Source of the DNA: Antedon mediterranea
Lineage: Eukaryota; Animalia; Echinodermata
Length of the DNA: 64,000 bases
Reading direction: 5' to 3'
Assembly: GCF_964355755.1 (NCBI RefSeq)
Contig: NC_092670.1
Coordinates: 34,274,388-34,338,387 of the forward strand
Under the pieces are notes generated by a model. That model worked only from the letters and a program-made list of their open reading frames with translations, searched no databases and was not told the origin of the DNA. This document shows positions 1 to 10,894 of the stretch, piece by piece. Within the stretch, counting starts at the first letter, position 1. The number at the start of each line of letters is the position of its first letter. A program made the position numbers and the translations under genes.

Positions 1-690
1 TGGTGTACTAGTGCGAGCTGGTGTACTAGTGGGAGCTGGTATACTAGTGTAATGTGGTGTACTAGTGCGAGCTGGTGTACTAGTGGGAGCTGGTATACTA
101 GTGCGAGCTGGTGTACTAGTGCGAGCTGGTGTACTAGTGCGAGCTGGTGTACTAGTGTAATGTGGTGTGCTAGTGGGAGCCGGTGTACTAGTGTAATGTG
201 GTGTGCTAGTGGGAGCTGGTGTACTAGTGTAATGTGGTGTACTAGTGCGAGCTGGTGTACTAGTGTAATGTGGTGTACTAGTGCGAGCTGGTGTACTAGT
301 GGGAGCTGGTATACTAGTGTAATGTGGTGTACTAGTGCGAGCTGGTGTACTAGTGGGAGCTGGTATACTAGTGTAATGTGGTGTACTAGTGCGAGCTGGT
401 GTACTAGTGGGAGCTGGTATACTAGTGCGAGCTGGTGTACTAGTGGGAGCTGGTATACTAGTGCGAGCTGGTGTACTAGTGCGAGCTGGTGTACTAGTGT
501 AATGTGGTGTGCTAGTGGGAGCCGGTGTACTAGTGTAATGTGGTGTGCTAGTGGGAGCTGGTGTACTAGTGTAATGTGGTGTACTAGTGCGAGCAGGTGT
601 ACTAGTGCGAGCTGGTGTACTAGTGTAATGTGGTGTACTAGTGCGAGCTGGTGTACTAGTGTAATGTGGTGTACTAGTGCGAGCTGGTAT
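1..690. repeat. 18-bp coding minisatellite, ~38 units
   Basis: Unit TGGTGTACTAGT(GCGAGC/GGGAGC/GTAATG); reads (AR/AP/HY)TS(T/I)P in the minus-strand frame of the Myb/SANT gene. Confidence 0.95.
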
Positions 691-2276
691 TCTACTATGA
701 TGAGCTTGACTTTCTGCCTGTTGTTGGTTTGTTGGGTAGTAGTTTTGATGTGTAGGTCTATGCATTGTGTGGTGGTGGTATTGTTGTGGTTGTGGCGGTG
801 GTTGTTGTTGTTGTGGTGCAAATAACTGCATGATCTGCATCATCCTCTGATGGTCTCTCTGTCTGTCTTCTTGTCGGTTTCTTTCAGCCTCTCGCGCCAT
901 GAGTTGCATCCAATCCCGGTGGTGTTGTGCTGATCTTTCAGAGTGCCGCATATATCTTTCTTCTGCCTCCCTGTCTTGCTTCGCCATCTCTTTTGAAAGC
1001 ATTTCAAAAGATTCCTGCAATTTTGTTTTTTTTCGCTTTCGACGGGGCTGCTCATTTCCTAACAAATTATAGAAAATAATTGTAAAAAACAGAATAAATT
1101 CCAAAATGAATGGGAAGCTGTATAGCAATGTTCCAATTTGTGTTGGAAATTATTAATTCTTCCTTATGTTGGGGTAGATTAACTTTATAACAAAAAGACA
1201 ACTTTAGGAAAACTAATAAAAGGAAGTGGATTAATTTAACCACTATTTCGTTTTGTTTTACTTAAGTTAGGTTTAGATTAGTTATTTTACTAACCTTCAT
1301 TCTCTCTAGCAAGCCTTTGTTGTTCTTGGTGAGGATTGGCCTGTCCAGGAATAGCATCGTCTTCAACATCCTGATCAGGTAGTCGTATATCATCAATGTC
1401 AGATTCCTCGTCATTTTGACTATCATCTGCAGTCACTGGTACAATTTTATAAAAAATGTTAATTTCAAAATTTTAAACTTCAGTAGAATATTATTATTAA
1501 TTTTGTGAATGAACTACAACATATTGCTCTTTTTAAAAACCATGATGACCATTGTTGAACACAAATCTAGTACTACTGTGTATGTTAATCAGGTTGCATA
1601 TTTATTTATACCGTACTTCACTAAAAATTATTTTTAAATTAAACCTTGAAAAATAAGTAAATTCTTACCAACACTATCATTCTCTTCATCAACATCTTCG
1701 ACATGTGGGCCGTCCTCATGCTGCTGTTCTTCCTCAGCTCCTATATTTATTAACACAATCCATGGAAAATAATATTGTTACTGTACATTTAGCATGATTC
1801 CTCTTTTTTAATTTATCCATGCCGAGGCTAGGCCTATAATAGGTAGGCTATAAATGCCTACTACTATAGAATAGCCTATTAGTAGGCTATATAGCTATAG
1901 GCCTAGTTATTTAATTATAAATTAAAATGTACATACCATCGGCAACTCCTACTGCCTGGTTCCTATCCATTAGATAGTGAGGGGCAGCTATGGCCCGATC
2001 TCCCAAAATTCGGTCCAAAACCTCGTAATGAGGACAAGTAATTCTGTCCCTCCCAGACTTCGAGTTGTTGTCCTTTGCAATGTTGTATTGCTTTCGGAGG
2101 GTTTTAAGTTTCGTGTTCACTTGCTTCGGAGACAAATCTACATTGTATTCCTGTTTTATTTTGTTCGAAATTTCTTTATAAATAGTGCTGTCTCTTTTAT
2201 TACCCATTAGTTTTCCTGAAAGTTTCGCTTCCCACCACAAATTAATAGTAAAAACGGTAACTTCTTCGGTCCACAT
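1..2276 (-). CDS. Myb/SANT-like (trihelix, MSANTD-type) DNA-binding protein, Harbinger ORF2-like; 3'-partial
   Basis: Exons 2276-1937, 1740-1669, 1435-1295, 1058-<1, all phase-1 GT-AG introns. N-terminus MWTEEVTVFTINLW...IYKEISNKI...QVNTKLKTLRKQY...CPHYEVLDRILG fits the Myb/SANT-like motif, followed by an acidic linker, an NLS-like RRKRKK, a coiled coil, a Q/P/H-rich stretch and the hexapeptide repeat. No stop before the window edge. Confidence 0.85.
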
Positions 2277-2585
2277 TATCGCACGTGTGTTAAACAACTG
2301 TCGCAGCGACAAAAAAATCAAAACACAACACGATGTTGACCTCATGTCACAGGTCAAAAAATATACGGTATTTTTTATTGGCAGCAGAAAAGGGTACAGA
2401 AAATACGGTATAAATTTGTAAATACCGTATTTTATCCACAAATTTTGTGGGGAAAATACGGTATACAAAATACGGTATTTTTTTTATGAGCGCAGTTTCT
2501 GCTGCCAAAAAAATACCGTATATATACGGTATTCAAAATATACCGTATAATATACGGTATTTACTTGGCAGCAGAAACAGGGCCT

Positions 2586-4337
2586 TTATCTCAAATGTTT
2601 GTAGACATAACTTTGTATAACTTTGTCATAAGATTGACCTGTAGCTGTAGATGTGCAGGAAACTTTGTTATATGACGTTAGAGTCGCGTAGCGTAAGTTA
2701 CGCGCGACTTTATGAATTTCAATGATTGGTCATAGATTATAAACCAAAAGTCATTTTGTATTGACACTTGGTGAAAATTTAAGTCATATCAAGGGCAAAC
2801 TTTCTATGGATTAAAAATGGCATGTTTCACAAGAAGTTACGCGCGCACGCGCATTTAAAGTTTCAAAATGCGCAAAATTAATTTCTAATCAACTTTCTAC
2901 GCTGATCATGACATTTTGAGCATGTCAAAAATTCCCGCGCGCGCGAACAAATTTACGCGTATGGTGCGCACGGAGCATGAAAATCATGTTTTTTTCTCTT
3001 GAATTATGATTTTCCAACCTTTCCTAGTCATTTTAAAAAAGATTGACATCATTTGAAATTAAAATGACGTCATACGAACACGTTGATTTATACCATTTGC
3101 GCGCGTTTTAGTTGAAAAAGTTATAAATATTGTCAAAATAATGCCAATTTTGAATCTATTATAGCTCCTCAGGATCATCCACGACCCCCAATTTTTTTAA
3201 TTTTATATGTAAGTAGATATGTTGTAGATATGAATTCATGCAGAATCTTTACCCCTAGGATGTTATAACGTCATCGTATGGCCACACGAATGTAAAATAT
3301 AGGGTTTTTTACTCTTTCGTTATTGCTCATCACATTAAATAGAGCGCATCTCACTTTTACGTGCCCAAAATTCTTCAAATTTGTTTTAATGTAATTATTT
3401 AGATAATTATCTTCTAAAATTGTTATCTTTATATGTCAATTTGATGACGTCATCGTGTTAATAATTGGATTTAAAAGATGGGTCTCGTAATTTTGTCTAT
3501 GCTACACTGTATATAACATACAGTTTATTCTGTAAAATACTGTAGTATGATATATGCTACATAATAGATACAATTCAGCACTGTAAACATATTTATTTCA
3601 TGTCATAGGATGGCATAATAATTGTCGAGGTTCATATGGTTAAAGACCCCTTCCCTGCAATTTTGGACGTTTTTTGGAAAATAATACATATATATCACTT
3701 TAAAAACATTAAACCATGTCATTCCTTGTCTTAAATGTACGTTTTATGGTAAATTATGATAAAAAGTGAGAAACAATGCACTACCTAAGTAGCTCGCGGC
3801 GATCGACCTCTCGTGGACGGTCTTAGGCCTAGCCTAGCTAGGCTTAGTTTTGTAGGCCTAGCTGGTAAACATCGGTAACGTACGAACATCGTACGCTACC
3901 TATATACCTAGCCTGACGTTGTATAGTTGCTGCATTAATTGTCTTTCTATTTTTGCCAGACTCCGTTGATACAAATTGGGGAAAACCCGGTATTTTCGCT
4001 GAAAAGTTAGGAGTCTTCCATTTGTTTTGGCCTCACGATCGATCGAAAAGTGGGCGAATTACAGGTGAAAAACAAAAATATCAATCCGCGCGCAATGCAT
4101 TTTGGGATTTATAGCGGGCCGCTATAATTATTAGAATCGACTTATTTTTCACATTTTTAACCGTTTAAAGACGAAAAAAGTTATCGCAATAGGATCATAT
4201 AGTATTATTTTTACATTAAATATAGTTTGTGATCTCAAATTAGATCTAAAAAACGTAGGGAATGGGGCTTTAAGTATGTGCATGTTGCATTTGCGCGGAT
4301 AACCCGAACTCGTCAAAGTGACGAGTTCAAATCTAGT
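2586..4337 (+). mobile_element. Non-autonomous Helitron/Helentron-like element, interrupted by a Kolobok-like insertion
   Basis: 3' hairpin GAACTCGTC-AAAGT-GACGAGTTC (4306-4328) followed by CTAGT (4333-4337). The left boundary abuts the Harbinger end and is not independently defined. Confidence 0.45.
3644..4269 (+). mobile_element. Kolobok-like non-autonomous element family A, copy 1 (626 bp)
   Basis: TTAA on both sides; termini AGACCCCTTCCCT...AGGGAATGGGGCT (RR..YY ends plus TTAA TSD fit Kolobok rather than piggyBac); five copies in the window. Confidence 0.8.
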
Positions 4338-4461
4338 GTTAATAGTAGATTTACACTAACAGTAACAGGAAAAAAATATAATCAAAAAGAAAAAATGAAA
4401 TACTGTACATGAAATGGTGTATTCAGTGTCAGCAGAAGTAAAATAAATTGGATGGAAAGCG

Positions 4462-4652
4462 CGTTTTATTACAATTAAATATCATCATTGTATTACATCA
4501 ATGAATTATATCTTTCTGTTTTTGTTTCATTTCTTACTGTCTTTCATAGGTGACCTTCAAATTGAAAATTAGAGTAAGAAATGAAACAAAAACAGAAAGA
4601 TATAATCTATTGAAATGTAATACAATGACGATATTTAATTGTAATAAATCGT
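4462..4652. repeat. Hairpin / MITE-like inverted repeat, ~80-bp arms
   Basis: TTATTACAATTAAATATC...TCTTTCTGTTTTTGTTTCATTTCTTACT and its reverse complement downstream. Confidence 0.75.
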
Positions 4653-4899
4653 GAGTGAATACAAAAATGTTAATTTTAAATAATCACAAATACAAACATA
4701 TACACAAGATGCTCTACACAAACAAAGTCTTATTATATTAAGTCTTGTAGTGGAGTCTTCCTGTCATGGCATCTGACAAGATTTGAACCCACGACACATC
4801 GGTAGCCTGGGATCGGTAGCCGAGCATCTAAACCGCCATTCCACAACCTGCGACCCAAACATTGGTCCCATAAATGGGGTCGCGAAATTGTTTCCGATT

Positions 4900-5610
4900 C
4901 TGAAACTTTTTATCAATTATACACTTATCTACTGTAGATGTGAAATGTTTTCAGTTTTGTAGAATCTACAACACTGATTACATTTTAAATCTACAGTTTT
5001 TCCCCTACTGTATATTGAGGCACAATTGGCAATCAACGACGTGGCAATGGACGCTTTTGAAGAATATTCGTTGTTAATATTCAAATGGGGAATGCCCCAC
5101 TGAACACACCATATTCTCATTACCTATTCTGATGATGTAATGCAAAGGCAACAATTTCCACCTTACATATTTTCTTGATAGGAAATTCCTTGCCCATTTT
5201 ATTTTAAGTGTCTTTACTTGTAGCGAGAATTCAGGCATGCCAATGCCTCCTTCTCCTTCTAACGGTTTACCAATTAATGTTTTTCTTTTTATTTTTTCTT
5301 TTGTTCTATTCCATAAGAAATCATATGACAATTTATTCACTTTTGCGATAACAATCATGGTCAGGTACCTCTATAACTGAAGCATTGTATATCAATTTTG
5401 ACAATTCAAGACTTTTTAAAATTGTCCCCTTACCATAATATGTTAGATCTCTCATTTTCTAAGTATTCAGTAGTTTTTCAAAGTTTATCATGTTAGTATC
5501 CCAGTTTAACTCTTTACATAATCTGGTATTATATTCAATATAATTCCTAATATCCTAATTGGTTTATCTACCCAATTCAGCCTACCTGGCTTTTCGGTTC
5601 TATTTTTCCT
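4900..5610 (-). mobile_element. Decayed L1/Tx1-clade LINE ORF2 fragment (region C-terminal to RT)
   Basis: Minus-strand peptides KPIRILGI, LNWD, DLTYYGK..ILKSL.LSKLIY, DFLWN..KEKIKRKTL...EGGIGMP...LKIKW, with stops and frameshifts. Confidence 0.75.
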
Positions 5611-6029
5611 ATGAGTATCCTGTTTGTGCATTCAGCCATTAATAAAACATTATTAGTTGAAAACTAACAATTTGCGACTTAGGTTTTCGCCATTATTGCG
5701 AACAATGCAAATTTATGTTTTATTGTTTCAGACATAAAAGTAAATATAGTGTTATATTGTAGGTATAATAAGTGACAAAAATGTGATCATGTAACTCACA
5801 TTCTTAAAGAACTTATAAATAAAAAACATAAATAACATTAGCCTATACATTAAAAAAAACGGAATTGTTTAAAAATGAAACTAAAAGGTTAGAAAACTGT
5901 ATAGTATATAGTAAGCAATGTTAAACAACATGATATATACAGTAGTAATAAATAGAATAACAGGATACATTCAACGAATAATCATTTTAATTTGAAAACA
6001 TAAACATAGAAATTCATAAAAACAAACAA

Positions 6030-6162
6030 ACGGGAATCATGTACCGACAAAAGGAACGTCAAATCAAAATAATAACGGGAATCATGTACCGACAAAAGGA
6101 ACGTCAAATCAAAATAATAACGGGAATAATGTACCGACAAAAGGAATGTCAAATCAAAATAT
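6030..6162. repeat. 45-bp tandem repeat, ~3 units
   Basis: ACGGGAATCATGTACCGACAAAAGGAACGTCAAATCAAAATAATA x3. Confidence 0.9.
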
Positions 6163-6833
6163 TACTAGGAAATAATGCAGAAATGGCGTCCAACACTCAA
6201 CGTTTTAGCGCCAAAGGCAAATTGTCCCAGGCCATGTCCGAATAACATGCAGCCGTGACTTCATACACTTCTCTTTGGCGCTAAAACGAGTAGTATTCTT
6301 TTCCAGCTGCTTAGAAAAGGGTCGGTAGGCTTCCCATCATGCATGTCGAGTTTTCTATATTTTTCGATGACAGTGCCTTTCGTTTTTTTACACTAAAATC
6401 GTAAATTTTCGTTGTATGTTTCAGTTATAATGGTTTAATTTCATATTACAATGAGTAAAGGTTATTAAGTTAGAAATACTCAGGTTTAATAATTTTCAGT
6501 TTGTGTTTATTTGGGAATAAATAATATCAATATTTAATAACACGATTAGCTCGCCAGAAAAGTGCTGCAAAATTAAGTAAGGAGGATAAGTTAACAGTAA
6601 TACAGTACTGTAGTCTTAGTCACATGATTTATGATTTATTTAACAAATATTAAGTGTTGTTATTAATATTACATACGAGTATCCTGTTTGTGTATTACAG
6701 TAAGGGAAAGTAAAGTAAATCATTATTAGTCGGAAATGTTTATATCCTGCTTGGTAAAAGGTATATCAATATAACATTTTCAACAGTTTCCTTCAGTTGT
6801 CACCACCTGAACGCTAGTTGAGGAAAACTTACA

Positions 6834-8003
6834 ATGAATTTTAAAACTTGTTATAGCATCATTGTAATCTACTTGCTGATGTTCATACATGGAGTTAAAG
6901 GAAAGAATATTCTATTTGATAGATATTATTATTATCCATCAAACCAACCTGTGAACATTATACAATCAAGTCAAGAGTATACGATTGGTTTAACGGCAGA
7001 AGATTTTAAACTATACGATCGCAATTTCTATTACAATTTCTTAAACTCATATGTGGTAGAAAAGAAAATGAATGTAAACTGTCCACTTATCATATCATTC
7101 GGTCAAGGTAAAGGTATACGCACTTGTTATGATGATGATAACAAACAATATTTGTTTTCCAACGATCCAGGACTTAAATGGAAGCCACATAAAGGGCAAG
7201 AGGCTACATCTGTTGAATGTGAAGGTTGGAAAGATATCATTGAAGGTGATCAGTTTGTAATGCAATGTAAACCAACTAAAACAACTGACAATGACATCAA
7301 AGAAATCAAGAGCGGATGGATTCAAGGAAGCTTCAACATTACACATTCTTATTCTACAGACATTGGTAATTTTCATGATCAGCATTTCGAAGGGTTCTAT
7401 TCTGGAGAAGGTATATTTTTCTACTGTGTTTCAATTTCAAGTAATGAAACTACTACTACAGAGTGCTACACAGTGATAATGGAGGTTCATCCTAAATTGA
7501 TGGTGGATGTCAAAGGGTTCTATGAAACCCCTCAAGTTCCTGAGATTCACAATTGCTTCAAGTGCTACGCAAAAGGTGCATTGATTAATTTAAAAAGATA
7601 CATCTGGACTTTCAACGGAGATAAACTAAACAATGATAAAGATGAAATATGCTTTGAAAAATTACCAGCTGGTAATTACACTGTTGAGTGTCTGGTGACT
7701 ACGGATGTTCAGAAGAGTTCAGACGAGATGGAATTAACAATCAAAACAACGTCAGAGATCAGACCAGAGACACCTGATTGTCAACAAGATAACCAATCAA
7801 CTGAGAATTTCAATCAAAAAGGCAAAAACATAACAATAATCATACTAGCAGCAAGTACCAGTATACTGATTATCATTGTGTTTGTCTTACTTTATCTACT
7901 GAAGATAGAACGTACAAGCAAAGCGGAAAAAGTGTATTTTCAAAGAAATAACGACTTGGACACTTTGGACAATATGGACTCAAACAGAGTACATATAACA
8001 TAA
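6834..8003 (+). CDS. Intronless type I transmembrane protein with Ig-like ectodomain (389 aa; in-frame 56-codon tail after the stop)
   Basis: Signal-like MNFKTCYSIIVIYLLMFIHGVKG; Ig-like pattern FKCYAKG...YIWTFNG...GNYTVEC; NxS/T sequons; TM IIILAASTSILIIIVFVLLYLL followed by basic residues. A 1.17-kb ORF in very AT-rich DNA. Confidence 0.75.
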   Translation: MNFKTCYSIIVIYLLMFIHGVKGKNILFDRYYYYPSNQPVNIIQSSQEYTIGLTAEDFKLYDRNFYYNFLNSYVVEKKMNVNCPLIISFGQGKGIRTCYDDDNKQYLFSNDPGLKWKPHKGQEATSVECEGWKDIIEGDQFVMQCKPTKTTDNDIKEIKSGWIQGSFNITHSYSTDIGNFHDQHFEGFYSGEGIFFYCVSISSNETTTTECYTVIMEVHPKLMVDVKGFYETPQVPEIHNCFKCYAKGALINLKRYIWTFNGDKLNNDKDEICFEKLPAGNYTVECLVTTDVQKSSDEMELTIKTTSEIRPETPDCQQDNQSTENFNQKGKNITIIILAASTSILIIIVFVLLYLLKIERTSKAEKVYFQRNNDLDTLDNMDSNRVHIT

Positions 8004-8261
8004 TGCAATTTTTACACAAACCTTCAAACAGATGAAGCAATTTATTATGACATCAAAAATAACAAAGTATTAACAAGCCAACAGACGACAGCAGAAACAA
8101 CAAAAGAGGAGAAGGCAAGAAAAGATTCAAACTATTATTTTTCCAACGACACTTTTTACCAAATTAAAATTTAAGACTCTAAGATTTATCTACTCTAATT
8201 GTTATCAGTTACAGTTGTTAGGAGATACATATTATATCTTTATTATCACATTTACTATATT

Positions 8262-9204
8262 ATTATATTACATAGCCTATGTAAATACTTGAACGTGATT
8301 GGTTGAAACTGCATCACATGACTACCGCTGCGAGGATTGTAAATCGTATACGGTATATCCTCGAGAACGATGATATTGACTGAGTAATTTTCGCGTAATT
8401 ATCGTGTCCCTTTCATTAATCATATAAATTATCGAGTACGATGATATTGACTGTGTAATTTTCGTGTGCCAACACTCGCAAAAGTCATCTAGTGGGTCTT
8501 GAACTCCCGATGAAATTGTCACTCCATCACAAGACAACGCTTCATGCGCTGCGGCACGGAACTTGCTTGAAGAAATTACTCAACTAAACTATTTAAACTA
8601 TGCATACATAGCGCCCTCATTTATTATTAGTCCTCCCTAGATGTGATGAAACACCGTTTGTGATTGGTTAATACTCACAGTAGTAACCGGTACGCGCGCG
8701 ACGCACTGAACATCCGGTGATTCGGCTCAAAGAGAGGACGAATTATTATTATTTATTCGGCCTACCTGCTGATAATATTATTATTATTAATGTAGGCTTA
8801 TTGATGGAAATTCTTCTGTTATTATTTAAACGACCTAGGCTAGTGAATATTTTATTGCCAAGGAATCATTAATTAGTAATTATCTGTATATTATTCTTTT
8901 GCAAGGTAAGGTGTCTATATACTAGGCAGCTTGTTTACATACGATACAAATAGGAGGCCTAGCCTAGCCTAGCTTCACCCGACCCAGCAGACTTGTTCTT
9001 GGCTATGTAATATAACAGATATCGCCTTTTATATCGGTAAAATATAAGATGTAACATCCCCTCGGAATGATATTATGTTCTCGGGGAATTATATATATCC
9101 CTCAGCTGCCGCTTCGGGATATATATATTCCCTCGAACATAATATCATTCCCTCGGGGATGTCAAATCTTATATTTCACCTCTAAGCAGGCAATATCTGT
9201 ATAA
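8262..9204 (+). mobile_element. Non-autonomous element with asymmetric inverted repeat and long 3' hairpin (Crypton- or Helentron-like)
   Basis: TATATTACATAGCC at the 5' end inverted with GGCTATGTAATATA at 9001; ~95-bp-arm hairpin 9012-9204; flanked by the direct repeat TACTATATT (8253-8261, 9205-9213). Confidence 0.55.
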
Positions 9205-9753
9205 TACTATATTTATGTATACTGTATATTATATTGGTTGTAGACTAGACTAAAGTTCAGTAACCAGGTTTTTAGTAATTGTACCAAGGAGACTGCTCAT
9301 AACTCAAGTTGTCAGAGACACTTGTTTGATATTCCATATAAGGAAATTGTTACAACAACTTCATACTAAAAATGATGATGTCATTTGAATTTCATCTTAA
9401 AACCAATTTCATAATCTAGTTATTTGATGAGATCATTATGATAAGGCTATTGTCTGTTTGACTGTTTTGAACAACTTAAAGTAAAGCTTTATATTAGCCT
9501 TGGGCCCAGCTATATTTGTAAGTCTTGAATTGCTTTATGTATTTTGATTGTGTGTTACCACCATCTTATGCTTTGATAATTATTTTATATTAGTAATTCA
9601 TCTTTATCTTTATAATCATTTTAATTGATTTTGTTATCTTTTGCTTTTTTGTTTGAAGAATAAAACGTAGATTAGATTAGATTATAACTTATCCTTTGTA
9701 ATTGCCTATCTTCTGTTTGTGCATGTGTAACACAGACTTAATGTAACATCAAT

Positions 9754-9935
9754 GGCCCTGATTCTGCTGCCAAGTAAATACTGTATTTAATATGTTAATT
9801 TTAGAATACCTTTTAAATGGTATATTTTTGGCAGCGGAAACAGGGCTTATAAAAAATATGCCGTATTTTCGCCACCAAATTTGTGGATAAAATACGGTAT
9901 TTATAAATTTATACTGTATTTTGGGTACCGTATAT
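9754..9935 (+). mobile_element. Truncated copy of the Harbinger terminus seen at 2390-2585, followed by a Tc2/pogo-like MITE end
   Basis: GGCCCTGATTCTGCTGCCAAGTAAATAC matches the reverse complement of 2557-2584; joined to TACCGTATATTTCGGTGTATAAGTCGCAC at ~9926. Confidence 0.7.
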
Positions 9936-10894
9936 TTCGGTGTATAAGTCGCACCCACTAACTGAGAGTAAAATATCAGTATTTTTTATATCGTCGATGT
10001 ATAAGACGCACTTTATATTTCATCAAAACAATGTTTTTTTAAATTGTAATCAATATTATTGTAATAATATATGTTGTTATATCTACAACGGAGTCTTTAT
10101 TTAGGTTTTTTCTTACCTAAGTAATAATTATTTTGTATGGAGCATGAAAATATAATTAAAGCATTGTTATAGTCTTAAATAAGCAGACAGTGACAACCAT
10201 AGTATTAAGAGGTAAATTTGGTAGTGATATAATGTCGACAATACATCTACACTGTATAGAAATACCAGAATTGTTGAAGTAAGCCAACTTTGAAATGAGC
10301 TTGAAAGCAAACAAAAAATAATATATCTCCAATTTTTTTATATTATGTAAATATCATGTAGGAAATAATTTTCACAAAATTTCATCTAAAAAAAATTTAT
10401 CCCACAAGGTCAATTCCTAGGTCAAATGGAATAGAATAAGTTATACATCTTTTAAATAGTTCTATCTCAAAAGTAAATAGAAGATTTGGATAGCTTTAAC
10501 AATTAGCTTTCCAAAGATACCTGTCACAACAAAATCGGTCCACCCATTACGGAGATACGGTCATTTAAATATAGCCTGCTGCGTCGATTTTGCGCAAAAT
10601 CGCGAAGAAACGACGGCACGTAGCGCGCAAACCGTTGGTCGTATGGCGCTCAAATTAAAAATTTCGGGTTTTTTGGCTAAAAATAACCCAAAAACCAAAT
10701 TTGAGCAAATTTGAAGAAATTAGGGTTTAAAATGTCATTTTTTTTGGGTGATTTGATGGAATGACCCACAGGCTAGTTAGGCGTCAACCAGGAAATTAAT
10801 TATAGTAGTGCACTGCTGCCGTGCCGTCCGTGATTTTTTACGACCGGTCATGATTTCAGAATGCTTCATTTATATGCCTAGGTCTAGCTAGCTA

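Larger units (their letters stand above)
1..2585 (-). mobile_element. PIF/Harbinger transposon; one terminus at 2585, the other outside the window
   Basis: Terminus (reverse complement) AGGCCCTGTTTCTGCTGCCAAGTAAATAC flanked by TTA at 2586-2588; subterminal AATACGGTA repeats; encloses a Myb/SANT gene as Harbinger elements do; a second copy of this end lies at 9754. Confidence 0.7.

Noticed and set aside
52-825. 257-aa Trp/Cys-rich plus-strand ORF (WCTSAS repeats)
   Set aside because: Antisense shadow of the coding minisatellite; the minus frame joins spliced Myb/SANT exons.
840-1055. 71-aa minus-strand ORF MSSPVESEKK
   Set aside because: Wrong frame; intron phase puts this exon in the NEQPRRKRKK frame.
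2585-9754. Harbinger ends bracketing the Ig-like gene as cargo
   Set aside because: Both termini point toward this segment, so it lies outside both elements.
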